This document shows positions 1 to 13,734 of a stretch of DNA of 64,000 nt, piece by piece (the first letter of the stretch is position 1; each line of letters opens with the position of its first letter). The notes under the pieces are model-generated. The model did no database searches. It saw only the letters and a program-made list of their open reading frames with translations, and was not told the origin of the DNA. Origin of the DNA: Octopus sinensis. Taxonomy: Eukaryota. Both the position numbers and the translations under genes were made by a program. Location: contig NC_043015.1 of the NCBI RefSeq assembly GCF_006345805.1, positions 41,912,001-41,976,000 of the forward strand, in the 5' to 3' direction.

Positions 1-899
1 AGAAAACGCAAAAATATAAATACCTATCGGTCGCAGAAACCCACGATGTACGGAGGATTCCGCGATATAAATTTACATATAGTAGAAATATAGTGGGACT
101 GAACCAGCAACCATGTCGTTGATAAGCAAGCTACTTACCACAAAGCCACTCCACATATATAAACAGAGTGAGGTGGTTAGATGCCTATATAGATACATAT
201 ATAAATACGTACATACATACATACATACATACATACATACATACAACATACATACATACATACATACATACATACATACATGCATACTTACATACATATA
301 TATTAGTAGGTGTGGTGGTGTAGCAGGTGACGTTCTCTAAGAACCTCTAAGAACACCACAGAAGTGTCATTCTACCATTTAATGACACACAGAGTTGTTA
401 AATTCACTTTAAGTTCTTTCTTCAATCTTTTCCATGTGGTGTCAAAATTTGTTACCTTTGCCAGTAGCACTTATGCGTATGCGTCTCTGTTTCTCCACGT
501 GTGTACGTGTGTTTGTTTGTGTGTGAATTTGTGCGTGTCTATATATATACGTTCACATATATATATACACACATCCCCATCAGTCTCTGCTGCTGTAGCA
601 GGTGATTTAATCTGGAGACCATTTCTGGATGCTGAAGCTTTTACCTTGTCTTAGAAGCACGTTATTCGGTTTATAACTTGCTAAATTCACTCGAAATTCG
701 TTTCATGAGCTATCAAGATCTCCATTGTGCAACTACAGACCTTCTTGCGAATACTAATGCGCGTGTATATATATATATATATATAAAATATTATTAGAGA
801 CAAAACCACTATATATATATATATATATGCATAGACACACACACAGAGCTCGCGCACACACAATCACGCATAGATATATAGATAGACAGACAGACAGAC

Positions 900-1060
<161 letters not shown>

Positions 1061-1076
1061 TGTTCCTTTATTAGCC

Positions 1077-1146
1077 ACAAGATGAGGACAAATATCCGTC
1101 GAATGTAAATAATGTACATAATTCCTCGTCTCTTAGAAACAGCACT
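1077..1146 (+). mobile_element. Orphan 3' tail of the 38181-38910 family
   Basis: acaagatgaggacaaatatccgtcgaatgtaaataatgta matches 38868-38908. Confidence 0.75.
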
Positions 1147-1254
1147 TTTCTGTAATTATTATTATTATTATTATTATTATTTTATCATTTTTATAATATT
1201 TATATATTTATTTTATTGTAAATACAAAACAACAACACCACTCACTCGCCTCCC

Positions 1255-1587
1255 GAGTTATGTTTTCCATACAGTATGTGCGATTCTTTACTTACTCATC
1301 TACGGTACTCTACGTATTGTCTTTTAATTAATTTAATTAATGGTGTTATGCAGTGCAGTACTGTATTTTTGTTAATTAATTTATTCATTTTTAGGCGTGA
1401 AGATGCTTATTTTACCACAGAAATAATTACAACCGAAACATATAAATACCTATCGGTCGTAGAAGCCCACGATGTAATGAGGAGTACGCGATATAAATTT
1501 ACATATATTAGCCAGAAGAATCCGCGATAGGTGAACCGCGATAGGTGAACCGCGATAGGTGAACCGCGATATGGCAAGTGATTACTG
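1255..1587. mobile_element. Truncated Tigger/pogo-like element end with a 14-bp subterminal tandem repeat
   Basis: (ccgcgataggtgaa) x3.5 at 1522-1571, then ggcaagtgattactg terminus. The 1432-1510 segment is also present at 1-90. Confidence 0.6.
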
Positions 1588-3461
1588 CATATGTATGTGT
1601 GTATGTATGCATGTATTTATGCATGTATACAAGACTGTCTGTCTCTCTCTGTGTATGTATGCCTATATGCCTGTATGCGTGTATGCAAGTAGGTATCTAT
1701 GGGTGTATGCATATATGGATGTTATCATGCATGTATGTCTTCTGCCTGTCTCTATGTATGCACGTATGCCTGTATGTATATTTTTATGCATGCATGTATC
1801 CATGTATGTATGCTTGTCTGTCTATCTCTCTCTCGATGCATGTATGTACATTAAACGCTACAGTTAAATTTCCTCAGATAAACAATCGATATACTTTTGA
1901 AGTTTAATTAGAAAAAAACACTCATTGAGTACCTGCCTGTTTAACTCCAAAAATATGTAACACACAGTTCTGCACGTTTTTATTCATCAAATGGAGAATA
2001 CGCGAGAAAAAAGAAAGCGATAAAGAATTCAAGGAAGAGAAAAGAACGGATTAAAAGACTGAATGCAACGCTAAATGTGCCAGTCAGAAGCCAAAAGGAG
2101 AATTTGCGAATAAAACCAACAGCTAAAAGAAATCTAGAACTGATGTTGTGAAACCAAACGGTTCTTTCAAGTGAAAGATGTGTCGTCAAGGTGTTTTGTT
2201 AATTTTTAGATAGCATGGACGCTGCAGGGTTTTCGTTGTTGTTTTTCTGGTCAACGTCTAAACGTTATAGATAAGTTTCGATTTGGTAACACTTCCCAAA
2301 CGAAGTGCTTCTAGTTTAGCTGCAAAGATCGTCGCCTTAAACCTTTAATAAAAGAATGAAGAAAATATATACATATATACATACATACACATACACACAA
2401 CTCGTCACACAAAAACACGCATAGATAGATAGATAGATAGATAACTTTTTATTGTAGCCACACAGGGCTAAACACAGAATAAAAATGGACGAAATACGAT
2501 GTAGAATTTTTTCTTTTCGAGGTGGGATGGGTGGGGCACAAAAAAAGCGTTTGATCAATAGGGATCTGTGGGTTGTGTGGTGTATAAAAAAGCAATATAT
2601 ATATATATATATATAAAGTTCACAGTTTAGGTGTAGCCTTGGAAAGAAAAACCTACAAAAAATACCAAGGTCACCTCAGACAGTTCGAAAATGAACACAT
2701 GAGTAAGTCACCTTACCTCTCGTTGTCTCTTTTGGTCACAGATTTACGCTTAAAATAGTGTCGTCTTTCATACTGATCATAGATGGACAGACAGATGGAT
2801 AGATAGATAAATAAAGATAGAGAGATATAGTTATTTAATATATAATATGTAATGTGTGCGTGTTCATGCTGAAATAACTTTTAAACACTAATATATACAA
2901 ACAATCTACATGAACAAATACATAAAATGAGAGAGAGGGGAGAGAGAGGCAAAGAGACAGAACTTAGAAAGAGTTAATAAGCTAAATGTATGTAGAACTT
3001 TTTCTTAACGAAAGTGTGCTTGCACCGAAAATCCCTCTCTGTTCGTCGAATGAAGTATTTAATTCTTTTACAATATACGAATTAATCCAATAAGCGAACA
3101 TTTCTAAATATATGAGATTATCTCAAAGTTTTGCAAAAATTCGTTACGTTTGCAATATTCTTGCTTCTACGATGACTGCTGCTACCAAGAATCTCAAAAT
3201 CAATTATGGTTGTCATTCGAGATCAAGTAAGAGATCAAGTAACTTGTATCATAAGTTCATTAATTGTTTTAACTTGTTTATTTTCAAAGGAGAAGATATA
3301 AACGTCCCCTAAACTGATTTCTTCATTCTTTTATTAAAGATTTTAAGGTGACGATCTGGCAGGAAAGTCCGGTTTTTTAAATTCTTAGCTCAAATTCCGC
3401 CGATACTGACTTTACCGTTCACCCTTCCGAAGTCGATGAATTAAGTATTTGTCAAGCACTG

Positions 3462-3866
3462 GGTTAACCGTTAAGCAAAATAAGCGCGTGCTCAGGACAT
3501 CAAGGAATGGAGGAGGCACCACAGAAATGGTAAATGGTTAACGACACAAAAGAAATCACTTTCAACTTGCTAAAATAACATTCAGGATGCCTTTATCTTT
3601 ACTAAGTATAGAATCTAAGATTCATTTTGAGGATCTGATCAAAGACTTGGCAATGCAAAAAGTAGGAGGAACCTTTTGAAATATTAATAAAACGGAAGTG
3701 TACAAAAATAAACATTATTTTCCCTCTTACTATTTTGTTTCGTTTTGAAAAATAAAAATTCATTTTATGGTTTGCTATTGTTTATTTTTTAAATTACAGA
3801 TTCTTATATGGGGGCACCAAAATCTTTTAAGTGCTTAGGGTCTCGAGGGGTCTTAATACGGCCCTG
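3462..3866. mobile_element. hAT-type non-autonomous element nested in an old SINE
   Basis: Right terminus gtcttaatacggccctg (reverse complement CAGGGCCGTATTAAG). SINE sequence stops at gcactggg and resumes as actggggttgatgtaatcg. Confidence 0.6.
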
Positions 3867-4445
3867 ACTGGGGTTGATGTAATCGGCTAAGTCTCTTCCT
3901 CAAAATTTCAGGCCTTGATCGTATAAGTATTGTAGTTTGATTTTATTAAAGACTTAATACGGCATCATGGCAAAATCTTTAACGTGTCGGGCAAAATGAT
4001 ATTTTTTCTTTACGTTCTGAGTTCAAATACGACCTATGTGAACATACTCTTTTTTTTTTCTTTCTCACTTGATAAAACTAGTACCAGTCAAAAACAAAGG
4101 CCGATTTAATCGATTACCCTCTCCTTGTAAAATCACTGACAGCCTCGGGCCGACCAAGACAGTGAGAGTGTATTTAGTAGGTGGAATCTGTGTTTGTGTG
4201 TTTGTGTGTCTGTCTGTGTCACTGTGTATGCTCCTTCCCTCACCGCTTGGCAACCTGTGTTGGTGTGTTTACACTCCCGCGAACTAGCTATTAAGCAATA
4301 GACACTGATAAAATATGTGCCGGGCTTTAAAAACCACCGTGCTGGGATCGATTCATTTGTCTAAAATTCTTCAAGGCGGGACTACAGCATGGCGACAGTC
4401 TAACAACTGAAACGAAAATAAGATTTAGAATTAAGAAATAAAGGG

Positions 4446-4611
4446 GTAGGAGTGGCTGTGTGGTAAGTAGCTTGCTAACCAGCCACATGGTTCAGTCCCA
4501 CTGCGTGGCACCATGGGCAAGTGCCGTCTACTATAGCCTCGGGCCGACCAAAGCCTTGTGAGTGGATTTGGTAGACGGAAACTGAAAGAAGCCGTTGTAT
4601 ATATGTATATG

Positions 4612-4642
<31 letters not shown>

Positions 4643-4860
4643 ATGTGTGTGTGTTTGTCCCCCCAACATAACTTGGCAACCGATGCTGGTGTGTTTACGT
4701 CCCCGTAACTTAGCGGTTCGGCAAAAGAGACTGATAGAATAAGGACTAGGCTTACAAAGAATAAGTCCTGGGGTCGATTTACTCGACCAAAGGCGGTGCT
4801 CCAGCATGGCCAAAGTCAAATGACTGAAACAAGTAAAAGTGTATAAAAAGAGTAAAGAGT
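4446..4860 (+). mobile_element. tRNA-derived SINE family 1, near full length, with internal (TA)n(TG)n
   Basis: Head ggagtggctgtgtggtaag...ggttcagtccc, body gcctcgggccgacc, tail aaatgactgaaacaagtaaaag. More than 15 related copies in the window. Confidence 0.9.
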
Positions 4861-5339
4861 ATACTACCGTACAGGCAGGCTATAATGTACTGCGTTGTAA
4901 CGTAACGTGGGTAATGGAACAGAGTATTCGGTTGTTAACATGCTGGGGCCGCCTCTTTCTACTGGACTGGAATCTTTGGCTCATCGAAGTTTATCTTCGT
5001 TGTGTATTTTCTATACGTATTTCTATGGCCATTGCTCTGATGATCATTCTGACCGAGTGTTCTCAATCAAGATCTTTAAAAGTGTCATCCGGTTTTTTTC
5101 TAGATGCATCGTTTCTCTGTTAAGCTTTATTTTACTCTTGTAGATTCCTTCTTAGAACTGCTGCTCTCTAGAACTCGCCACCATCATCTTGTTATCCTCT
5201 GCCCTTAACGCTTTCAGACCAACAGCGTCTTTTAAATTCGTGGGCCCTATTTTACTTCATTTGTAGTTCCTGAAATTACAATGATATCAAAACTTGATTG
5301 CAACAAAAAACATATAAATTTCTTTTAATGTAATACAAT

Positions 5340-5535
5340 TGACAATATTTTATAATATAATACAATATAATATATATATGATATAATATAATACAATATA
5401 TAATATAATACAATATAATATGATATAATATAATACAATATAATATATATATATGATATAATATAATACAATATATAATATAATACAATATAATATGATA
5501 TAATATAATACAATATAATATATATATGATATATC
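5340..5535. repeat. AT-rich compound TATAA/TACAA minisatellite with higher-order repetition
   Basis: Recurrent tataatacaatataatatatatatgatataa blocks. Confidence 0.9.
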
Positions 5536-6017
5536 ATGTGGAAAAAATCGCATATAATAATAATATACTATAATGCAATGAAACCTGATAAAATATAACA
5601 CGATGTAATATATTCAAATACGAAGCAATATAGTTATTTCGGAATGGCACAGAACAATGTATATGAAAATCAACGAAGCTGTTTACTTTCAGTGTAGCAA
5701 CATTATTCAATTAATCCCGTTTGCTTAATAGAGGCATAAGTAGCCATAGTGAAGCTTTATTGCATCCTACGTTGATGGGAGCGTCCCAGAAGAGCTTTGG
5801 ACAATCCGGATCGCTACTGATGTTTAGTATTCCTTTTGGATAGCATCTAAATATAGATGGAATATATTGCAAGTGTGGCAGAAGTCGCATCCGAGGTTGT
5901 GAGATCTTTTATCATCTCTGACGTGATTGGGCGCATTTAATAAACCGAGATCAAACAATCAATATTGATATTATTTTCTTCGCATTATCATTGCCATTAT
6001 TTTTACTATCACTAGAT

Positions 6018-6101
6018 TTGTTGTTGTTGTTGGTGGTGGTGGTGGTGGTGGTGGTGTTATTATTATTATTATTAGTAGTAGTAGTAGTAGTAGTAGTAGT
6101 A

Positions 6102-6140
<39 letters not shown>

Positions 6141-6900
6141 AGTAGTAGTAGTAGGAGGAGGAGGAGGAGGAGGGGGAGATGAGGAGGAGGGGTGGGGGAG
6201 GAGGAGGGGAGGAGGAGGAGGAGAGGAGGAGGGCGGAGGAGAGGAGAAGAGGAGGAGGTGGAGGGGAAGAGGAGGAGGTGGAGGGGAAGAGGAGGAGGGG
6301 AAAGGGGGGAGGAGGGGGAAGGGGGAGGAAGGAGAAGGGGAGGAAGGAGGGGAGGACGACGGGGACGACGAGAGCGAGAACGAGGTCGACGGCGGCGGGA
6401 ACGAGAACGAGGAGGAGGACGTCATTATCATTGATCTTATTATTAGTAGTATTATAGTGGTGGTGGTGGTGGTGATGGTGGTGTTGGTGGCGGCGGCGGT
6501 GATGGAGGCGGCGGCGATAGCGGCGGCGGCGATAGCAGCGGTGGCGATAGCGGCGGCGGCGATAGCGGCGGCGGCGATAGCGGCGGCGGCGATAGCGGCG
6601 GCGGCGATAGCGGCGGCGGCGATAGCGGCGGCGGCGATAGCGGCGGCGGCGATAGCGGCGGCGGCGATAGCGGCGGCGGCGATAGCGGTGATGGCGATGG
6701 TGGTGGTGGTGATGGTGGTGGTGGTGCTGGTGGTGCTGGTGGTGCTGGTGGTGGTGGAGGAGGTGGTGGTGCTGATGGTGGTGTTGGTGGCGGCGGCGGT
6801 GATAGCGGTGATGGCGGCGGCGGCGGTGATGGCGGCGGCGATGGCGGTGGTGGTGGTGGTGGTGGTGGTGGTGGTGGTGGTGGTGGTGGCTGTGGTAGCA
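6018..6900. repeat. Compound trinucleotide tract with a 15-bp GC-rich minisatellite (GGCGGCGGCGATAGC)n
   Basis: GTT, GGT, ATT, GTA, GGA, GAC and GGC blocks; about 12 copies of the 15-mer at 6505-6690. Confidence 0.95.
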
Positions 6901-7206
6901 TCAGGGATCTGATTGAGTGTGCATTGAATACACTAATAAAACCGTTCTACAATTACATCGATGATTCATTCACCAGGAACGAATTGAGGAAATCACAAAT
7001 TTATTATTTCAAACGCTGATTAGGCTTAGAGGAATACAATTAACATCATTTCCTAGAAGTGCTTAAGAGCTTTTCGGTAATCATATCTGTGGATATGTTA
7101 ATGGAAATGATAGTCAGAGATTCTGTAGATTAGGCGCGTTGGGGAGGACATCGTGTAAACGAACGAAGCAGGTGGCCGCATAGTTAAGTATGCAACTAAT
7201 TTGATG

Positions 7207-7282
<76 letters not shown>

Positions 7283-7283
7283 C

Positions 7284-7314
<31 letters not shown>

Positions 7315-7326
7315 AATGGAGAGATA

Positions 7327-7359
<33 letters not shown>

Positions 7360-7403
7360 AGATAGATAGATACAGAGATAGAGAGAGATAAAGGGAGAGA
7401 GAA

Positions 7404-7438
<35 letters not shown>

Positions 7439-7509
7439 CAGAGATAGAGAGAGATAAAGGGAGAGAGAAATAGATAGATAGATAGATAGATAAATAGAGA
7501 GAGAGACAA

Positions 7510-7594
<85 letters not shown>

Positions 7595-7634
7595 AGATAG
7601 ATAGATAGATAGATAGAGAGAGAGAGTGAGAGAA

Positions 7635-7679
<45 letters not shown>

Positions 7680-7699
7680 GAGAAAGAAATAGATAGACA

Positions 7700-7741
<42 letters not shown>

Positions 7742-7742
7742 C

Positions 7743-7784
<42 letters not shown>

Positions 7785-7836
7785 CGATAGAAAGACAGAC
7801 AGAGAGACAGACAGACAGACAGATGGATAGATAGAT

Positions 7837-7902
<66 letters not shown>

Positions 7903-7971
7903 CAGACAGACAGACAGACAGACAGACCGATAGAAGACAGACAGAGAGACAGACAGACAGACAGACAGATG

Positions 7972-8045
<74 letters not shown>
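7207..8045. repeat. Compound (GATA)n/(GA)n/(GACA)n microsatellite with internal duplications
   Basis: Direct reading; source of the LSIY-repeat ORFs. Similar tracts at 862-1060, 52245-52520, 56980-57160 and 63090-63295. Confidence 0.97.
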
Positions 8046-8046
<1 letters not shown>

Positions 8047-8539
8047 GGCATAGTGCTCTGAGTGCTCTAGATATGAAATAGTTTAATTAGTTGCTATTGA
8101 CTGAGGAGAACTAAATCATTTTTTTTCTTATCTTTTTCATTCATCTTTTATGCTAAAGTTTGTCAAGGAGTAGATATCCTACCATTCCATATTTTGTTTG
8201 GATTGCATTATACACAGCGATTTCTTTATAAGAGAGTAGGATATAATTCAGGGAAGAATTCGCTGCCTTTTCCAGCAGGCTGAACAAAAGCTTCAAGAAA
8301 GTGTTCTTCTTTACAAGGTGAAGAAAACGAAATATCAGGACTTGATCAACGATGATCAACTTGTCAAGAGATTGTACGTGGCTTCATTGTCGACTAAGAG
8401 CTACCTCGGTTTTTGTTTTCGGGTGGACTAGTAAGCTATTTCTTGCTGAAGAGTGGTCTGGAAATTCAAAACTATCATCGGCAGAAAATTACACGTCTAT
8501 GGCGCAGTAATCGCATAACTTTGTCATTTATTATTTCCG

Positions 8540-9450
8540 TGGAAAGGCAGCGAACTGGCAGAAACCTTTGCAGGCCGGGCGACATGCTTAGCTGTATTTC
8601 GTCTGTCTTTATATTCTGTGTTCAAATTCAGAGAGGTCGATTTTGCATTTTATCCTTACGTGGTCAATAAATTAAGTAGCAGTTGCGTATAGGGATCGAT
8701 CTAATCGAGTGGGCTCCTCCCGCCAAATTTCGGGCTTTCTGCCTAGAGTAGAAAAAATTATTTATTTTCGTGGGAAGGCAGCGAGCTGGCAGAAACGTTA
8801 GCATACTGGGCAAAATGCTTTGCGGTAATTTGCGGTAATTACGTTCTGAGTTCAAATTCCGTCGAGTCGACTTTGCCTTTCATCCTTTCATGGTCGATGA
8901 AATAAGTACCAGTTACACACTGAGGTCGATGTAATTGACTTTCCCCTAACCCCCAAAACCTAACCCTAACCCTAAAGCCTTAAACCTAAAATCAGTACAA
9001 ACACACGAACGATGTCATAAGTAACAGTGACAAACGAAATATACACTGCCGGAAATTGTTGTTGACAAACAACAGCAGTAATTTTATTCAGCTGAATACA
9101 CGTCATTGATTAGTTGAAAATACCGAAATACGACAACTTTAACACGAAATAACTCGTAAACATAAACTTTTCTTAGAAACGCTAAGAGTAAAAGATGTTT
9201 TATATGACACATCTACCAGTATACGAAGTTTGAAAGTATTTAGTCACAAAACATTATTTTCTAAATCTGCCGGTTAACGACGTTCTGAGTTCAAATTCCG
9301 CCGAGGTCGACTTTGCCTTTCATCCTTTCGGGGTCGATAAATTAAGTACCAGTTATGCACTGGAGTCGATATAATCGACTTAATCCATTTGTCTTTCCTT
9401 GTTTGTCCTCTCTGTGTTTAGCCCCATGTGGGTAGTAAAAAAAATAGAAA
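8540..9450 (+). mobile_element. Cluster of three partial SINE family 2 copies split by an unclassified insertion with CCCTAA repeats
   Basis: Repeated ggcagcga(g/a)ctggcagaaac and ttctgagttcaaattccg motifs at about 8545, 8775 and 9280. Confidence 0.75.
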
Positions 9451-11200
9451 TAAGTATGACTCGAGGACTGGGCCAATCAAATACGAAGAGCCACGCCTCC
9501 AATAAATAAATAAATAAATAAAATTCCGTACCTTGCGTCTATGGTGTATAAATGCTTATTTATTTGAGTGGTTAATGATAAACGTTCAGAAGCTAAGCGG
9601 CAGCTGGATGGCATCAACACAATTTTTGTATTATTATCGTGTCTGCAACACGACCATATTTTTGAGGAGACGTATCCATTTCCATGATAATTATTTTATA
9701 CTCTATATTATATTTCCTTCGTGAATTGAAAATAAATATAAAAAAACCTACAGTCTTCTCGCTTTTGTTATTAATTCTAATGAAGTTATCGGGATATCGT
9801 AGTGTTTAATAAGGTTTTAATAAAATTGGTGAAATTTAGAATACATCAATTTATAGGTATCATTTATTTCTCTCGAAAAAAAGTTTTCAAAATGGTCGTT
9901 TTTGAAATGGGAAATATATAATCAAAACTCTTTAGAGATTTTCACCGATTTCTTGCTATTTTTTTAATATAAATTTTAGTTTTCTACTTAGTTTGATTTA
10001 TTTATTTTATCTTTATTTTATTTTACTGATGTTGTGGTTGAATTTTTTCGAACGCAACAGCTAATAGTTTACTGTGGCCTAAGGGAAATCATGCTGTGAA
10101 GCCGTCATCAAATTTTCATAAGAAATACACACCTTATTATCGATTAAACCACTACAGGTATTTATTCTTCTTTATTTGATTTTCGTATTTTCCAATTCTT
10201 TACTACGTGATATATTACTTTCCACTCACTAAATATTTCATTACTTTTTCAATAAATTATCAAAGGTGTTGTGGGAAAGCGTCGTAGAATTTCAAAAGTC
10301 ATCAGCGTGACGTAAATATGTGATACGGTTTCGTTTCGCTGTTGAATCTAATTTTTTTATTTTTGTTCAGAATTTCTCTTTCCAGCACAGTGGTTTTGGA
10401 TCTACTCCTCCTGCGCTGAAGCATGGGCAAGTGATTTCTACAATGGTTCCGACCTAAACGCTGTCTTGTAAATAAATTAGGTAAATTCTGGTTAACTCTG
10501 CATATCTGTATGTGTGTGTACCTATCACCACTTGACGTTTGGTGTGGGTTTGGTTACGTCGCTGTAACTTAGCGATTCGCCAAAAAATAACCGATAGAAT
10601 AAGTAGTAACAGGCTTCAAAATTAGTACTTCTAGACACCAGCGTAGCTAGAAGTGGACAGAGGGGGCGGTCCGCCCCGTGCAGTACATTTTGCTCTTAAG
10701 TATTCTGTATATTACCTTGTCTAAGAAATGCTTCGCTGATGAGCGAGGCATAGTGAAACGTGTAAATAATAATATTCGAGAACCGATTTTGAATTATGGT
10801 TAAAACCTCGTTTATATCAATGACACGTCTAAAGATAGCCATACTTTCTATTCATAACCATTTGGGGTATTTGTATCTGAAAATATCATACTATTACTAA
10901 AGCGTTACCCATCGCGTGACAGTAATGCTTCAAATATACTTTTGCCACAAGGGAGTGATAATCTCAGAGAATTTTTTAAACATACAAGAAATATAATTAA
11001 ACATTTACCAAATTTCAATGATTAAATGAATATTAATTTTCTAAAGAATAATTAAATTTAATGGAAATAAAATTAAATTAAGCAAATTTCTCATTTGCAT
11101 AAACCTTCTTATAAGTAATCATTTACACACTAACCTCTTCCTTCTGCTATTCCTAGTATCGGCACTCATCTGCTCTGCTTCTTTCACTTTCTCTCCCCAC

Positions 11201-11244
<44 letters not shown>

Positions 11245-11245
11245 T

Positions 11246-11280
<35 letters not shown>

Positions 11281-11887
11281 CAACCTCTAAACCATGTAAA
11301 GCGCGCTTAGAGAGATCAGAACAATCAACCCACATTTATATCGGCAATTATGTAGAGATTATAATAGCTATTCCTATTTTTGTAGGACTCCGAGAAGCTA
11401 AACTACGAGGTTTCTGTATATTTATTAAGGATTCCATACAAGAAGCAGAGTGAACAATACGAAGTAAGTTCTTGGATTCCCGTTTGAAAAGACAATTTAG
11501 AATGGGGACGTATTTCTTTGTATGCGATTGCACTAGAAGAATCAAAGCAAATCTCCGGTGAGAAGATTTAGTCGGGAAAATAAAATTAACAAAGCATCGG
11601 TCCAATGAGACTAGGAATCGTTTGTCTAAGGAACCAGAGATAAAGAAAACAAGTATTTGAGAATATGCAAACAGTTATATGTAGCAATCCACGTTCTTCT
11701 CTCCGGGGTTATCCGTTTCTGCCACCTTTACGATTTCTCTGGAATTTCTTTGAATATACGACGAAGAGCCATGCTTGACATCATATTTTTACTTTTAATA
11801 TTTCGTTTAAAACTTTCACCGAACATCAGTGTTTTGTTGAGGCTGTTCTTGAATTCGCCGTTCGCAACCGATTTGCCTATATAAATA

Positions 11888-12095
11888 TACTCTCTTTTAC
11901 TTGTTTCAGTCATTTGACAGTGGCCATGCTGAAACACCGCCTTTAGTCGAGCAAATCGACCCCGGACTTATTCTTTGTAAGCCCAGTACTTATTCTATCG
12001 GTCACTTTTGTCGAACCGCGAAGTGACGAGGACATAAACACACCAGCATCGGTTGTCAAGCAATGCTAGGGGGACAAACACAGACACGCACACAT

Positions 12096-12136
<41 letters not shown>

Positions 12137-12299
12137 CGACAGGCTTCTCTCAGTTTCCGTCTACCAAATCCACTCACAAGGCATTGGTCGGCCCGAGGCA
12201 ATAGCAGAAGACACTTGCCCAAGATGCCACGCAGTGGGACTGAACCCGGGACCATGTGGTTGATTAGCAAGCTACTTACCACACAGCCACTCCTGCGCC
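11888..12299 (-). mobile_element. SINE family 1, full length
   Basis: Reverse complement of the 4446 copy, including the internal microsatellite. Confidence 0.92.
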
Positions 12300-13239
12300 T
12301 ATATGCTGAAGAAAATTTATGCAAGATGCATAAGATGTATATGTGAAAGGAAATTTATGTCAAATTCATACGAAGGACTGCTGACTTAAGAAAAAAGACA
12401 TAGAAAATAGTTGGTGATTTGCATATTTCTTTTTCCAAACAGAGACATGATTTCAATTTACAAACATACTAAACAAAAATCCAATTGATTGCAGATTTTA
12501 TTAAGAGGGCAGCAACTTCGAGAAAGGTAGTAATTCGATTGCATCGAACCCAGTATTCCACTGGTACCTATTTTATCGAAAGAATAAAATGTGAAATTGA
12601 CCTTGGTGGAATTTCAACTCAGGTGCGTAAGACGGACGAAATGCCGGTTATCGCTTTGCCCGGCTTGCTAACGATTATGCCAGATCACCTTCTCGCCAAA
12701 CAAAAGTATATTAAAGAGACAAAAGTGAGCCTCTTCACCGCATGTTGTGTCGCTAGCATCGTTTTGTTACAAGTAGTCACCAATCAAAAACTTCTCTTAA
12801 CAAATCAATACCAGTTCTCCGTTTTGTCAAACATTTTATAACTTCTTAAACGTTATTCGTTATGAATTAGTTTTGAATATCAGAGTATGATTGCGGAGAT
12901 TTATTGCAGACAACTTTCTGAGTTTGAGCGACAGCTCGAGGCAATATCATTCTCTCTAGCTATAGAACTCTGTTAATTAGGTGGAGAGACAGAATTATTT
13001 AAGAAGCTTCTGCTTTCGTATGATGCTGGAAGAGTATATGAACGAATCTGTTGCATTGCCGCAGAGATAGTTAACTCTACACATCTCTTGCAGACAATCC
13101 ACTTAGAAAGTTAAGTATTTCATTGACACCGTAGGCAAGAAAAAATAATAATAATAAAATAAAATAGACAGCGTCGACTTTGCTGAGATTCTAAATTAAA
13201 TCTAAGTGTAATAAACTACCCTGAAGTATGAAATATAGT

Positions 13240-13345
13240 GCGATATTCTTCAAGATTTCTCTCAAATAACCTGAAGAATTTTCTCCAAGATATACCAGAC
13301 AACCAAACTACACTGGGATATGTTACGATCGATAACAAACAACTT
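13240..13345 (+). mobile_element. Possible CR1/L2-type LINE 3' remnant
   Basis: Peptide LKNFLQDIPDNQTTLGYV resembles the LDxFLxxIPDxP C-terminal motif of invertebrate CR1-group LINEs. Short and weak. Confidence 0.35.
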
Positions 13346-13734
13346 CACACCCATGAGGGCTGCGGTGTACATAAATATGATTTTAAATACTTAAATAGGT
13401 GGGTGAGTACACTAATTATGCAAAGCGATTGACAGACTTGTATGAAAGTCGGATAGAATACTTTGCAGCCATCGTTCTATCTTTTGGTGGTTCGTGTTCA
13501 TTTGGTCACGCCTCAATATCCATCCGGAAAATGTCATTCCAATCGTTTCTGATGGGAACCTATCGAGCTGGAGCCAGAGAACTCTTCCAGTGATAACAGA
13601 GGAAACGTTGTTTGAAGCCTTCGTGGAAGCATGGGTGACTTAACTGAAATAATATGGTTTCGTTTATCTTTGACGGCCAGCTGGAATAATGGTCAATGTG
13701 ACGGACGAAATGTTTAACGGTATTTCTTCCGACT

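Noticed and set aside
1522-1571. Short direct-repeat array resembling CRISPR
   Set aside because: 14-bp tandem units without spacers in a eukaryotic transposon end; no cas genes.
5750-5940. Possible LINE RT C-terminal remnant (LDAIQK)
   Set aside because: Similarity is too short and frameshifted to support without a search.
6452-6901. Extensin-like (SPPPL)n ORF and the opposite-strand poly-Ala/Val ORF
   Set aside because: Direct translations of GGC/GGT repeats; no signal peptide, splice context or non-repeat domain.
7098-8051. 317-aa LSIY-repeat ORF and all similar YI, MYVC, HT and poly-L ORFs
   Set aside because: Stop-free frames of TA, GATA, CATA and trinucleotide microsatellites.
10270-10305. 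Minus-strand CUGAUGA...GAAA string
   Set aside because: No stem II or stem III can form.
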